From Octopus sinensis (Eukaryota): a DNA stretch of 64,000 nucleotides. Shown piece after piece: positions 40,680 to 52,003 of the stretch (positions are counted from its first letter, which is position 1; each line of letters opens with the position of its first letter). The stretch is from contig NC_043000.1 of assembly GCF_006345805.1 (NCBI RefSeq), positions 14,694,001 to 14,758,000 on the forward strand, in the 5' to 3' direction. The position numbers and the translations under genes were made by a program. The notes under the pieces were generated by a model. The model ran no database searches, was not told the DNA's origin, and was given only the letters and a program-made list of their open reading frames with translations.

Positions 40680-41050
40680 GAGGTGCAAGCATGGCTGTGT
40701 GGTTAAGAAGCTTACTTTGCAACCATGTGGTTTCAGGTTCATTCTCACTGCATGGCACCTTGGGCCAGTGTCTTCTACTATAGCCCTGGGCCAACCAATA
40801 TCTTGTGAGTGAACTCGATAGATGCAAACTGTATGGAAGTCTTCATGTGTTTGTGTGTGTGTCGGTGTCTCCCACCCCACTGCATGTTAACCAGTGTTGG
40901 TTTGTTTATGTTCCCAGAGCTTAGTGGTTCAGCAAAAGAGGACAGTAGAATAAGTATCAGACTTAAAAAAGGAGAAATAAGTCCTGGGGTCGATTGTTTG
41001 GTTAAACCCTGTATGTCCGCAGTCCAATGACTAAAATAAGTAAAAGCTGA
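40680..41050 (+). mobile_element. SINE family A, older copy
   Basis: Diverged co-linear copy. Confidence 0.75.
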
Positions 41051-41309
41051 AACACAAAGATTTGCATCTTATCCTCATCTCAGTCAATAAAACACCTATC
41101 TTAAGAGCTCGTAGTTCATATCCTGCCATTGATACCAAAGTATATATAGCCTGTCCATTTATCCATTTATTTCTTTACATCCTTGTTCACATAACTGTAA
41201 GTAGGTATCATAGAACGTGAAATTCTAACATAGTGCTCTAAACAACAGCTGTATTATAAAAATGAGAAACCAACTTGCATCTAGTTCAGTGCTTTGAGTT
41301 CTCTATGTA

Positions 41310-41985
41310 TATTTGTCACTTCTTTCAGTCATTGAATTGCAGCCATGAAAGATTTTAGTTGGACAAATCAACTCCAGTTTTTTTTATTGTAAGTCTGGTA
41401 CTTATTCCATTAGTCTCTTTAGTTGAACCACTAAATCACAGGAATGTGAACAAATCAATACCAGAGTAAAGATTATTTGCCAACATAACATTGCAGTCCT
41501 GGTTTAGGACGAATGTTGCTGTAATTTAGCCCCAGGAGACATCGTCTCCAGCTGGCTGTACAACACGATCTGTGTCCTTATATTTTCGAACAAGGATAGA
41601 TTGTGTCATATAGCCAGCTGGAGACGATGTCTCCTGGGGCTAAATTACAGCAACATTCGTCCTAAACCAGGACTGCCATGTTATGTTGGCAAATAATCTT
41701 TACTCTGGAGTACTGTTGCTGAATATCTCTCCTTGAGAGATTTACAAATAGTAATTTTCTAAATCAATACCAGTTGTCAAGCAATGGATTACAAACTTAA
41801 ACATGTACATATATATACACGCACACACATGTATAAAACAGGTTTCTTTCAGTGTCTGCCTACCAAATCCACTCATAAAGCTTTGGTTGGTCCAGAATAT
41901 AGTAGACACTTGTTCAAGGTGCCATGCAGTGGGACTGAACCCAAAATCAGGCGGCAGGGAAGAAAACTTCTTACTACACAGCCAT
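41310..41985 (-). mobile_element. SINE family A, older copy hosting the hairpin insertion
   Basis: The two halves rejoin at the TSD aaatcaataccag. Confidence 0.75.
41465..41760. mobile_element. Fold-back hairpin plus tail insertion with 13-bp TSD, nested in a SINE
   Basis: TSD aaatcaataccag at 41452-41464 and 41761-41773; near-perfect IR spans 41461-41708; 52-nt tail. Confidence 0.85.
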
Positions 41986-42693
41986 TATGTGAAAAAGATA
42001 AAATGAATGTTTTAACAAATTATTACATTTTTCTGACTATTTTCTTATGCTGTATTATATTTGGAGGGATTATCTGTATTGTAACTGATTGAATCATTTG
42101 TATACAGATTGGCATTTAATAATTCTTTCAAAACCTAAATGCAATTTGTGACCTAAATAAATCTGTATTATCACAGCTCAGCTATTTCAATTTGAAAAAA
42201 TTCTAATTTCTGTATCACTTCAAAATTTTGTAATATTTCTAGCTAGATGTTGTTTCTATTTGCAGATTTAGTTTGTCTTGGAAGTTGTCAAAGCTAGACG
42301 TTTCGGCATTTTGAAATAATTTTAACATGTGCTCATTAACAAAATGGAACTAAGCAATACTTACTATCAGTGAATGAATGTTCTGTGATATTTTACACCT
42401 CTCTGTAATGATATATATGTGTGTGTATATATGATACCTTCTAGGTTATCATTCTTTCCTTCTACATTCATGTTCATGTACTTTTAATACTTGCGTCTAG
42501 ACTTTTGTCAATATTGCTCATTAATTTCCCCCTCCAGGTTGAATATCATATTCTTTCTTCTATAGGCACAAAGCCTGAAATTTTGTACAGTGGGACTGAA
42601 CCCAAGATCACATGGTTGGGAAGCAAGCTTCTTAACCACATAGCTGCGCTTATGCCTCACCACTGATGTTTTTTTCCTTTCCATCTTTTACAG

Positions 42694-42755
42694 GTGTATC
42701 ACATAGACCAATGTAATGTTTACCACTTGGAGATCAGCTGACAGGCTGCTGCAGG
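42694..42755 (+). promoter_or_regulatory. 5'UTR part of the first coding exon, with two upstream ATGs
   Basis: Lies between the acceptor (42693) and the start codon. ATG-TAA at 42711-42716 and an out-of-frame ATG at 42716. The acceptor implies at least one upstream non-coding exon. Confidence 0.7.
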
Positions 42756-42848
42756 ATGTCTTTACTAAATGGCAGTGGGTCCCCTAAGAAGAGGAAAGTT
42801 GTACAGGTGATACTCTTAAGTGGGGCTGAATTCAAGACATATGTAGAT
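42756..42848 (+). CDS. First coding exon of a FERM-domain protein (Expanded/FRMD6-like): MSLLNGSGSPKKRKVVQVILLSGAEFKTYVD
   Basis: Polypyrimidine tract plus CAG acceptor ends at 42693. In-frame TAA at 42714 precedes the ATG at 42756. Perfect GTAAGT donor at 42849 (phase 0). VQVILLSG..F..VD fits the first strands of a FERM F1 lobe and joins in frame with the exon at 55618. Confidence 0.88.
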
Positions 42849-43479
42849 GTAAGTATCATTCTTAATACTTTTGCTGCTTCGTGTCTGTGCAGTTGTTGCA
42901 GATCTTGCTGCAAGGGTGCGGATGGTAACTGTTATGTACATACTAAAGTGACAGACAGACTCACTGACTGTGTGTGTGTGTGATGTAGGCTTCACAGTTG
43001 AGTAGTTGTGAGATATTAGTCTGTTAACCCTTGCTCTGGTTAAGTCACTGATCTGCTGCAGTACCACTTACCCAATCCGCAGAGCTAATAATAATTGTTG
43101 TTGCTGTTGTATTCTAGCCCCTGCTCCACCCTGGTCATCTTTGCTTGGACACTCCTTTGATCAGAAGCATTCCAACATTGACCATTGCATTTTTCTTTCA
43201 AGCATAATATATCTAGGAATGCATTGTCTAATCTGTCCTTTTTTTTTTTTTATGATATGAAACGAGGGAAATTTAGCTACTATTTCTAAACAAGTCAAAC
43301 ACCCTTATAGAGACTTGCTGTTGTTGAACTTTAATATATCTACAAGGGAAAAGGATTATACACGTGACTTACACTCAACCAGGGAGTCAGCAAGGAATCT
43401 TCTATATGGTACTGTTAGAAACAGCAGTCAAATCTCCCTTAAATCACATTCATCACTATATAATGTACTTCTACATATA

Positions 43480-43858
43480 TCTATATATAAAGCTGAAGTT
43501 GTCTGTGTATGGCAGGTTTGGTAGCCTTCAACTAACACTATCTCCTCCGAGACCCTGTGGCGCAAGTTGACCAAAATTGAGAGTATGATAGAAGAAGGCT
43601 TGCTCTTCATTCCGTAGAAGAAAAAATTCAAATCGGACCATGTTAACACCAAAAATTATTTACATCAAAAAGGTGCTTTTTTTCTATGAAAATCCCTATT
43701 TATTACGATTTTTTTGACTGCTGTGTCGCCATTTTACGGCGTATTTCTACCAGAAAACTGTTCACTTGAAGAGAATAACAAGTTACATAATGCAAAATTT
43801 TTACTTTTCAAAAATTCCAATTCTAAAGGGTCAAAACAACGCCGGGCGATACTGCTAG
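43480..43858 (+). mobile_element. Non-autonomous Helitron, family 1
   Basis: 5' TCTATATATAAAG and 3' ..caacgccgggcgatactgCTAG; inserted between A and T with no TSD. Second copy at about 50644. Confidence 0.85.
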
Positions 43859-44407
43859 TTATCTTCATAAAGCAATAGAATGGGTGGGTGTTTATGAAAC
43901 ACCTTTAATCATAAACCTATTAAATCAGGACTGACCTGGGGCTAAATAATTCCAACAACAGCAGTGTTTATATTTGTCAGAATTCACACTTTTTAATAAT
44001 TGATGTTTAATTACTTCAATCATATTACTTAACAACTTCCTCACTATGTTTCTAACAAGTCAACTTCCTATTGTGCTCTAATTACTTTTCAATATAATTA
44101 GACATTGGAGCAGCTTACTGAAATGTTGGCAACATCATAAATTGTTATACATAAAATGGACCTAAGTTCTGGAGTCTCATGTTGTTTGTGCTGTTGTATT
44201 GTGATTTTGCTCAAGATTTTAACGTAATTATTAAACCCATTGATATAGGTCGGCATTATGTTCCTTCACACATTAGCTTATCAGAATAAGTGTGGTTTCA
44301 TAATTAAACATCGTTTGTGTATTCTTAAAAATAGGGAAAAAAGCTTTAGACTACATTTTTGAATGAGGTACAATAATAGGAACGTTTGTGTGTGTGTGTG
44401 TGTTAGT

Positions 44408-44645
44408 GGAGGCGCAATGGCCCAGTGGTTAGGGCAGCGGACTCGCGGTCGTAGGATCGTGGTTTCAATTCCCAGACCGGGCGTTCTGAGTGTTTATTGA
44501 GCGAAAACACCTAAAGCTCCACGAGGCTCCGGCAGGGATGGTGGTGATCCCTGCTGTACTCTTTCACCACAACTTTCTCTCACTCTTACTTCCTGTTTCT
44601 GTTGTACCTGTATTTCAAAGGGCCGGCCTTGTCACTCTCTGTGTA
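44408..44645 (+). mobile_element. tRNA-derived SINE family G
   Basis: A box TGGCCCAGTGG and B box GGTTTCAATTCCC; related copies at 52004-52300 (-) and 18489-18632 (-). Confidence 0.8.
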
Positions 44646-44858
44646 TGCTGTGTATGCATATATTGGTTTCAGCAATTTTGCAAGGAGAGAGTAAGCCAAT
44701 TACATCAACCCCAGTATTCAGCTGGTACTTTTACTTGACCAACCCCCAAATGGATGAAAAGCAAAGTCACTCTAAGTGGAATATGAACTTAAAGCATAAA
44801 GATAGGGGAAATGCTGCTAAGAATGTTACCCACTGTGCTAACAATTCTGCCAGTTTGC

Positions 44859-44890
<32 letters not shown>

Positions 44891-44893
<3 letters not shown>

Positions 44894-45495
44894 GTTAAGG
44901 TATGTAGAAAAATACAACATGGACAAGAACGTATAACTCATAGAAGACGATACAATAAACATGGACAGGACATTCGAACCCCTCAGTCTTCAGTCAAGAA
45001 CCGGATCATCGTAGTAATTTCGGCTGATTAATCTTGAGATTACTAGATCACGGCCAGCCCTCCAAGAAAAACTAAGCTGGAAGCGTAGATTTCCTGGAAG
45101 AAGGATCGAATGCATACGAACACCAGGACAGCAAAAGGGACAGATATAAAAAAAAAAACAAAAAACAATAATGGAATACAGAAACATGAAATACAGAAGC
45201 ATTAACGGTGAAAACAACAAGTGTCTTACGACTGATAACAAGCAAACAAATTTTTTCTCTGGCGCATTGGAAAAAGCCTTTATAGCGGCGGACGAAAAAC
45301 AACGATGTTAACACGACGAGGGTCAGGAGCTGAAAGGCAGATTTCGGCCAACAGTCACGTGACAGAGAAGAGGGAAAAGAAAAGAAAGAGAAGCAAAGGA
45401 AGAGAGAGAGAGAAAAGGGGGACAAAACGCAACAAAGAGAGAGAAGAGAGAGAAAGAAGGAATCAGAGAGGAGAAGGGATGGGTGTCGAAGAATG
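44891..45495. repeat. Unclassified CpG-rich insertion between microsatellites, with purine-rich end
   Basis: Abrupt CpG-rich block after (TA)n; no credible ORF; GA-rich 45365-45480. Confidence 0.45.
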
Positions 45496-45507
45496 ACCTG
45501 TGAGTGC

Positions 45508-45555
45508 ATATATGTGTGTGTGTGTGTATACACACACTTTCTCTCTCCCTTTCAC

Positions 45556-45588
<33 letters not shown>

Positions 45589-45628
45589 GTGTGTGTATGT
45601 ATACACACACTTTCTCTCTCCCTTTCAC

Positions 45629-45697
<69 letters not shown>

Positions 45698-45718
45698 TTT
45701 TCTCTCTCCCTTTCACTA

Positions 45719-45751
<33 letters not shown>

Positions 45752-45869
45752 GTGGATGTATGTGTGTATGTAATATATGTGTGTATGTATATATATATAT
45801 ATATATTTGTGTGTGTGTGTGTATATATATGGGTATATATATATGGGTATATATGTGTGTATGTGTATA

Positions 45870-45900
<31 letters not shown>

Positions 45901-45960
45901 TTGTATGTGTGTGTGTATATACACACACACATCCTTTCTCTCACTGTGTGTGTGTGTATG
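45508..45960. repeat. Compound (TA)n/(TG)n/(CA)n microsatellite with four copies of a tttctctctccctttcact-like spacer
   Basis: Seen directly; source of the many spurious YI/CV ORFs. Confidence 0.9.
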
Positions 45961-46355
45961 TACGTACTTACACATTCACAAACAATAAGTAGGCGTATCC
46001 AGTATATCATGTAAAAGACCACAGTGATAAAAAAAGATGTTTTATTGCTGACATCAAAAGCAATTCAGGTGGAAAAACATTAAAAGACAGATAAACAAAC
46101 AGAAGGGTGTAGATATGCAATGGTTGCATTCTGTGGCCTGGTGGTAATTTGTAGTTATTTGATAAGAACAAGTTTATATCTGGAGAAATGATCATTGAAC
46201 AATTTGTAACATTTTCCAAGCACTGTAACAACTAGCGCAGTGGTTTCCAACTATTTATTTTACCTATTTAAAACATTTGTTTCCTGTTTTACTTGGGTGG
46301 ACCCTTATAGCCATTCACTGTTTTAAAAAAGTCCTAGTATATTTTTATAATTAAA

Positions 46356-46754
46356 CTAGCAGTATCGCCCGGCGTTGCTCGGGTTTGTAAGGGAAATAAC
46401 TATATAAGCATTTTTAGAGGGTTATAGCCAAAAAATAGCAAAAAAATGCATTAAAAATGGAAAAAAAAATTATGGTAAATTTTTTTTTAAATCGTTGACC
46501 CATCGTAGACATTTTTAGAGAGTTACTTCCCTTATATAATAGCGAAAAAATGCATTAAAATGGAAAAAAATGATGGTAAATTATTTTTAAAATCGTAGAC
46601 TCATCGTAGACGCGCGCTAATACCCAGACGGGCTCAGTATGAATCACGACTGTAAGATACTCGGTTTTGGTTAAACTGCACCGCAAAATGTAGGAGTAGT
46701 TAGGAATCTGAATCGTAGGAGACAGACACACAACTTCTCTTTTATGTATAAAGA
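46356..46754 (-). mobile_element. Non-autonomous Helitron, family 2 (same 3' end as family 1, different body)
   Basis: Minus strand 5' TCTTTATACATAAAAG and 3' cccgagcaacgccgggcgatactgCTAG; A/T target; internal duplicated block at 46408-46610. Confidence 0.85.
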
Positions 46755-46928
46755 TATGAAGAATTGTATAAAATAAAATTGTCAAAATATTTTTATGTTG
46801 TAGAAATAGAAAGAAAATAGCACTCTACTGCTTATAATGACAAGGATTTCAGTTGATCCGATCAATGAAACAGCTTGCTCTTGGAATTAATGTCCAAGTG
46901 GCTGAGTACTGTTCAGACATGCTTACCC

Positions 46929-47152
46929 TTAACCCTTTTGTTACTAACCCGGCTGAAACCGGCTCTGGCTCTGTAGTACAAATGTTTTGTTTTCATAAGT
47001 TTTGAATTCAAATCTTCCACCTTAGTCATAATTTATGTTCCTAACACTAGCTGAATGATAACTAAGTTATTTTACTAAATTCTTTGTTATATTTAAAGTA
47101 ATTGAAAGAAACACAGAACATCTCAAAATAAATACAATAATGAAAGGGTTAA
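46929..47152 (+). mobile_element. MITE family E nested in an old SINE fragment (about 46836-47200)
   Basis: TTAA at both ends; splits gcttacccTTAAtgtagttctc. Confidence 0.85.
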
Positions 47153-47998
47153 TGTAGTTCTCAGGGATATTCAGCATGACACAGAATGTGTAAAATAGGT
47201 AAAGGTTGGCTCCAGGTAGAGCATCCAGTTGTAAAATTGTACCTCAAATCTATATCCTAGCCCTATGCTACCATGGCAAAATGAACATTGATTGAACAAG
47301 ACTTATCTAATATGATTGAAAGGAGTTCAGGTTAGCATTTCTTATGACTAGAACAATCACAAAGAAGGTCCTTCATTAGATTATGTTTGAAGTTATTTAG
47401 TTCCAGGTGAGCCCTGACATCAATTAGACTAAGAGTGTTCCAGACATGAACATCTATTTTTTTAATTTTTTTTTTTTAGGAAAAATATATCTATACTAAC
47501 CAGTTAGTAGGGTATTATGAGTTGAAGATTTGGCTGTTATTCTGAGCAAATTGAGTGATTGTGTAGAGGATCCACAGATTCCTAATGCATCTTGCAAGAT
47601 TTTTTTTCTCTTGTATATACATACATGCACTCATTTGTATAATTATATAGTTTTCTGCAGGTATCTGAATGGATTCTTGCAATCCACACAGGGTACTTTC
47701 CATCCAGTGACAATCACTTAGAATGTATACAATTATGTTATGGATCTCACTGTGGTGACACTCACAAATACTCTACATACTTCAGGAGTGTATGGTGAGA
47801 ACTGTAGTGTTAATTGTGCATATAAACTACATTACACACATCCACACATGCATGTGCGCACACACACACACACACACACGCTCTCTCTATCTCTCACACA
47901 GCAGGAGGTGTAAGATAACTATAGATGCTGGGTAACCTACCATATGAGCATAAGTTCAAATAACCTTACTACTTCAATAAACAAGGCATATTTTGCTT

Positions 47999-48226
47999 TT
48001 AACACTTTAATGTTCAGATTACCCTGTTAAATGTAATGCTTTTTTACTCAAATTGTTTTGAATTAATCATACATTATCTCATAGCTTTGAAATCTTAATG
48101 ATGTGAATATTTATTTTTAGAATGTCAATGTAGGTTAGGTGCGAGAGGCTAGATATGGCTAGTTGAAATATAAAACATGTAGAATATTTGGGCCAGATGT
48201 GGCTGGTTTAAACACTAAAGGGTTAA
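47999..48226 (-). mobile_element. MITE family D (diverged, reverse)
   Basis: Reverse match with TTAA ends. Confidence 0.78.
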
Positions 48227-48899
48227 AGTGACTTGATGTAAGATCTGAAGTAACTCATATTGTAGATCAGTCATTAAAATCCTTTAAAAGACTCATATTG
48301 TTATATTCATATTGGAGCCTGGTGCAGCCGTCTGGTTCGCCAGCCCTCAGTCAAATCGTCCAACCCATGCTAGCATGGAAAGCGGACGTTAAACGATGAT
48401 GATGAATTTCATTGATCTAATCATCAGCATTATTACAGAAATGTAACAGAAGATGTAATGCAAGTGTGTTTCTTGAGGGGCTGCAAATGTTGCAGGTGCT
48501 ACCGTAGTTTGTCTGAGTAAAATGGTGTATGTGCATGTTGTGTGCAGCAGTCTGGGAGGCCCAGCCTTTTTTCTTCTTCTTCTTCTGTGAGTGTGTTATG
48601 TTACACTGTGCAAAGAAGAAGTGCAGTATCCATAGACTTTATAGGACTTACTAGGTTGGTGAGGCTAGTATGGTTGATACTTTCAGAGAACATGTGGACT
48701 AGTAGGGTGTTTTTCAGAGGGTTGTAAATAAACCTTGGGAGAAAGGGTTCGGGTGGTGGTAAGAAGTGAGTAATGAAAGAAGACAGTAATCAGAATTTTT
48801 TCTTTTTTCTATATAAGGGTTTTCCATTTGTGTGTGTGTGTAGCAGCTGTTTCATACCTTACAAAAAAACCTTTATATTAGATATGTGCTATTATTACA

Positions 48900-49190
48900 A
48901 AATGGCTGTGTGGTTAAGAAATTCATTTTGCAACTACATAGTTTGGGTTCAGTCCCACTGCGTGGCATTGGGGCAAGTGTCTTCTTCTTTCTTTATTGCC
49001 TACAAGGAGCTAAACACAGAGGGGACAAACAAGGACAGACAAAGGTATTAAGTCGATTATATCGACCCCAGTGTGTAACTGGTACTTAATTTATCGACCC
49101 CGAAAGGATGAAAGGCAAAGTCGACCTCGGTGGAATTTGAACTTGCAAATGAATTTGATTGATGGAAACTATGAAAACCCATCATGTATA

Positions 49191-49249
<59 letters not shown>

Positions 49250-49425
49250 ATGTGTTACCCCCCCCCCCACTCACACACACTGCTTGACAGTTAAGTTCAA
49301 GAAAAGGGACCAATAGAATAAATACCAGATTTTAAAAAATACTGGGGTCAATTTGTTTGACTAAATCCTTCAAGTTGGTACCCCAACATGGCCACAGTCC
49401 AACAACTGGAACAAATAAAAGAAAA
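48900..49425 (+). mobile_element. SINE family A with a nested reverse, 5'-truncated family B SINE (48982-49143)
   Basis: The A head is interrupted after gggcaagtgtcttc by family B sequence. Confidence 0.8.
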
Positions 49426-49653
49426 GATAAAAAAGTGAATGTGAGTTTTGAATGGCAGATGTGAGTGTAACATAATTTTAGTTTTAACCCTCAACTTCAG
49501 ATCAAATCACCATCCAAGAATATTTAGTTATTAATCTATGAAATAAGATGTAATTGAAGCAAAACACAGGTACTAAGTTTAGACCTTTTGATACTAAACC
49601 TGCCTGAGACCACCTTTGATCACATGTAAATAAATAATAATAAATGAATGAAT

Positions 49654-49807
49654 AGTGGCTGTGTGGTAAGTGGCTTGTTTACCAACCACATGGTTCCGGT
49701 TTCAGTCCCACTGCGTGGCATCTTGGGCAAAGGTCTTCTACTATAGCTTTGGGCTGACCAAAGCCTTGTGAGTGGATTTGGTAGACGGTAACTGAAAGAA
49801 GCCAGTC

Positions 49808-49878
<71 letters not shown>

Positions 49879-50090
49879 ATATGTTTGTGTGTCTGTGTTT
49901 GTCCCCGCCCCCAACATCGCTTGACAACCGATGCTGGTGTGTTTACGTCCCCGTAACTTAGCGGTTCAGCAAAGCAGACCGATAGAATAAGTACCAGGCT
50001 TACAAAGAATAAGTCCTGGGGTCGATTTGCTCGACTAAAAGCGATGCTCCAGCATGGCCACGGTCAAATGACTAAAACAAGTAAAAGAGT
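49654..50090 (+). mobile_element. SINE family A (young)
   Basis: Near full-length, CpGs retained. Confidence 0.9.
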
Positions 50091-50611
50091 AATACTTTGT
50101 AAATGGAACAAAATAGTAGATTCGCTGACACCAAACCCACAGCCCACAGCAGCAAAGCTTCCACCATCACGTATTTTCTTGATCGTCTCTACCTTTCCCT
50201 GTAGAGAATACATTCAGCTGCATCGTTTGTTAGCATCAGATGCCTTTGTATATTTTCTTTTCTCTGGTCCCATGTTGATTAGTACGAGTACATAAGGTCT
50301 GTATAAAAACTATGCAGCCTTGCAGTACAGTCATGTAAGCACAAATGATAATCAGTGCATTCTGGGTAACTGAACATCGTGGGTGATCGCTGGGGCAAGT
50401 TTTTGCAGTACAAGCAGATTCTTTGACTGATTGCCGACCCCAAGCATAGCATGGTTCATAATTGAGCGTACCTTGTTATCCTAGATCAGTGATGAATGTG
50501 GCCACATGTATACACTGCTATTCCTAAATCCTACAGTAATTGTGCAGTTAAGTGAACTATTGCATGTGTGTGCAACTGTTAATCTCTCTTGTTTTTCCAT
50601 ATGTGTATGCA

Positions 50612-50643
<32 letters not shown>

Positions 50644-50646
<3 letters not shown>

Positions 50647-51278
50647 ATATATATATAAAGCTGAAATTGTCTGTGTGTGTGTGTGTGTGTGGCAGGTTTG
50701 GTAGCCTTCAACTAACACTATCTCTTCCGAGACCCTGCGGCGCAAGTTGACCAAAATTAAGAGTATGAATAAAGAAGGCTTGCTCTTTATTCCATAGAAG
50801 AAAAAATTCAAATTGGACCATGTTAAGATGAAAAATTATTTACATCAAAAAGGTGCTTTTTTCTATGAAAATCCCTATTTATTACGATTTTTTTGACTGT
50901 TGTGTCGCCATTTTTCGGTGTATTTCAACGAGAAAAATGTTCACTTAACCCTTTAGCATTTAAACCGGCCAAATCCGGCCAAAAGTATTCAGCCTGTTTC
51001 ATGTTCAAACTGACCAGATCTGGTCTCTCATACCAACCCTACAATATTGTTTTAAAAATTAACTGCTACCTCATCAGAATCTCATAGTTACAAGATAATG
51101 CATGATTAGTTCAAAACAGTATGGAGGAAAAAGCATTAATTTTAGCAGAATAATGTGAACACTAAAGGGTTAAAGAGAATAACAAGCTACATAATGCAAA
51201 ATTTTTACTTTTCAAAAATTCCAATTCTAAAGGGTCGAAAAGAAAACAAACCCGAGCAACGCCGGGCAATACTGCTAG
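50644..51278 (+). mobile_element. Non-autonomous Helitron, family 1, interrupted by a TTAA MITE
   Basis: Co-linear with 43480-43858; intact subterminal hairpin cccgagcaacgccggg plus CTAG end. The 5' end merges into a TA microsatellite. Confidence 0.85.
50945..51173 (+). mobile_element. MITE family D nested in a Helitron
   Basis: TTAA duplication; the empty site is visible in the Helitron copy near 43765. Confidence 0.9.
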
Positions 51279-52003
51279 TATATATATATATATAGTTAAT
51301 GTTTTTATGTACATAAAAACAGCGACTGACTAAAGTACTTGGTACAAGTGTAGAGTCTATTATTATAGACAATTTATTTATTGACAGTGAATTTGAAGCT
51401 TCACTAGGTTTGACTTATTCAAATTCTCAGACACTTTAAATAAGTCACACACCCTGCAAAACTCCAAAGTCACTATCAATTAATTTACGTAATATAAATA
51501 TAGTTACATACTTGGCAATAACTAACAAGTCACTCTCAGAGTCGTATGCATGTCTTGACATTGTTTATATGTTTAAAGCATGAAGCAATGTCACCACCTA
51601 AACTGTTAACCTTTAAACTTAATGTAAAAATATGTCTAGCTGTGGAATTATTTCTCAAGCAAGAGGCCATTGGTATAAAATTACCTTATATATAATCAAG
51701 TAAGGGCTGGTGGCATGGAGGGCATCTGGCTATAAAAAAAAACATCACATAGCTTGGAAAAAAAAACATTAAAAATAATCAAATATATAAAATCATTATC
51801 TAATGTCCCTGTTCCATGCTGGCTTAGGTCGGAATGCTCAACACGGTTCAAGTAAGGATAGTTTTGGTCTTTTCTACAACTGGATACACTTCCTAATGCC
51901 AACCACTTCACAAAGTGTACCAGGTGCTTATTTCGTGACACCAACACTATATGTATGTGAGTGTGTGTTTATGTCTACTTTTCCATATTAGCATATATAT
52001 GTC

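Noticed and set aside
41465-41708. Ribozyme (HDV-like or hammerhead) or pre-miRNA within the big hairpin
   Set aside because: No CTGANGA box or complete HDV topology was found. The stem is far longer than a pre-miRNA and is explained by the insertion.
42849-42983. Cys-rich continuation of ORF 42756-42983
   Set aside because: It is read-through past a perfect GTAAGT donor; FERM similarity continues in the 55618 exon instead.
44408-44480. Possible tRNA gene
   Set aside because: A and B boxes run into a SINE body, there is no clean cloverleaf or terminator, and it is multi-copy.
45072-46022. Cluster of 100-170 aa ORFs in all frames
   Set aside because: They are translations of TA/TG/CA microsatellites, which lack stop codons.
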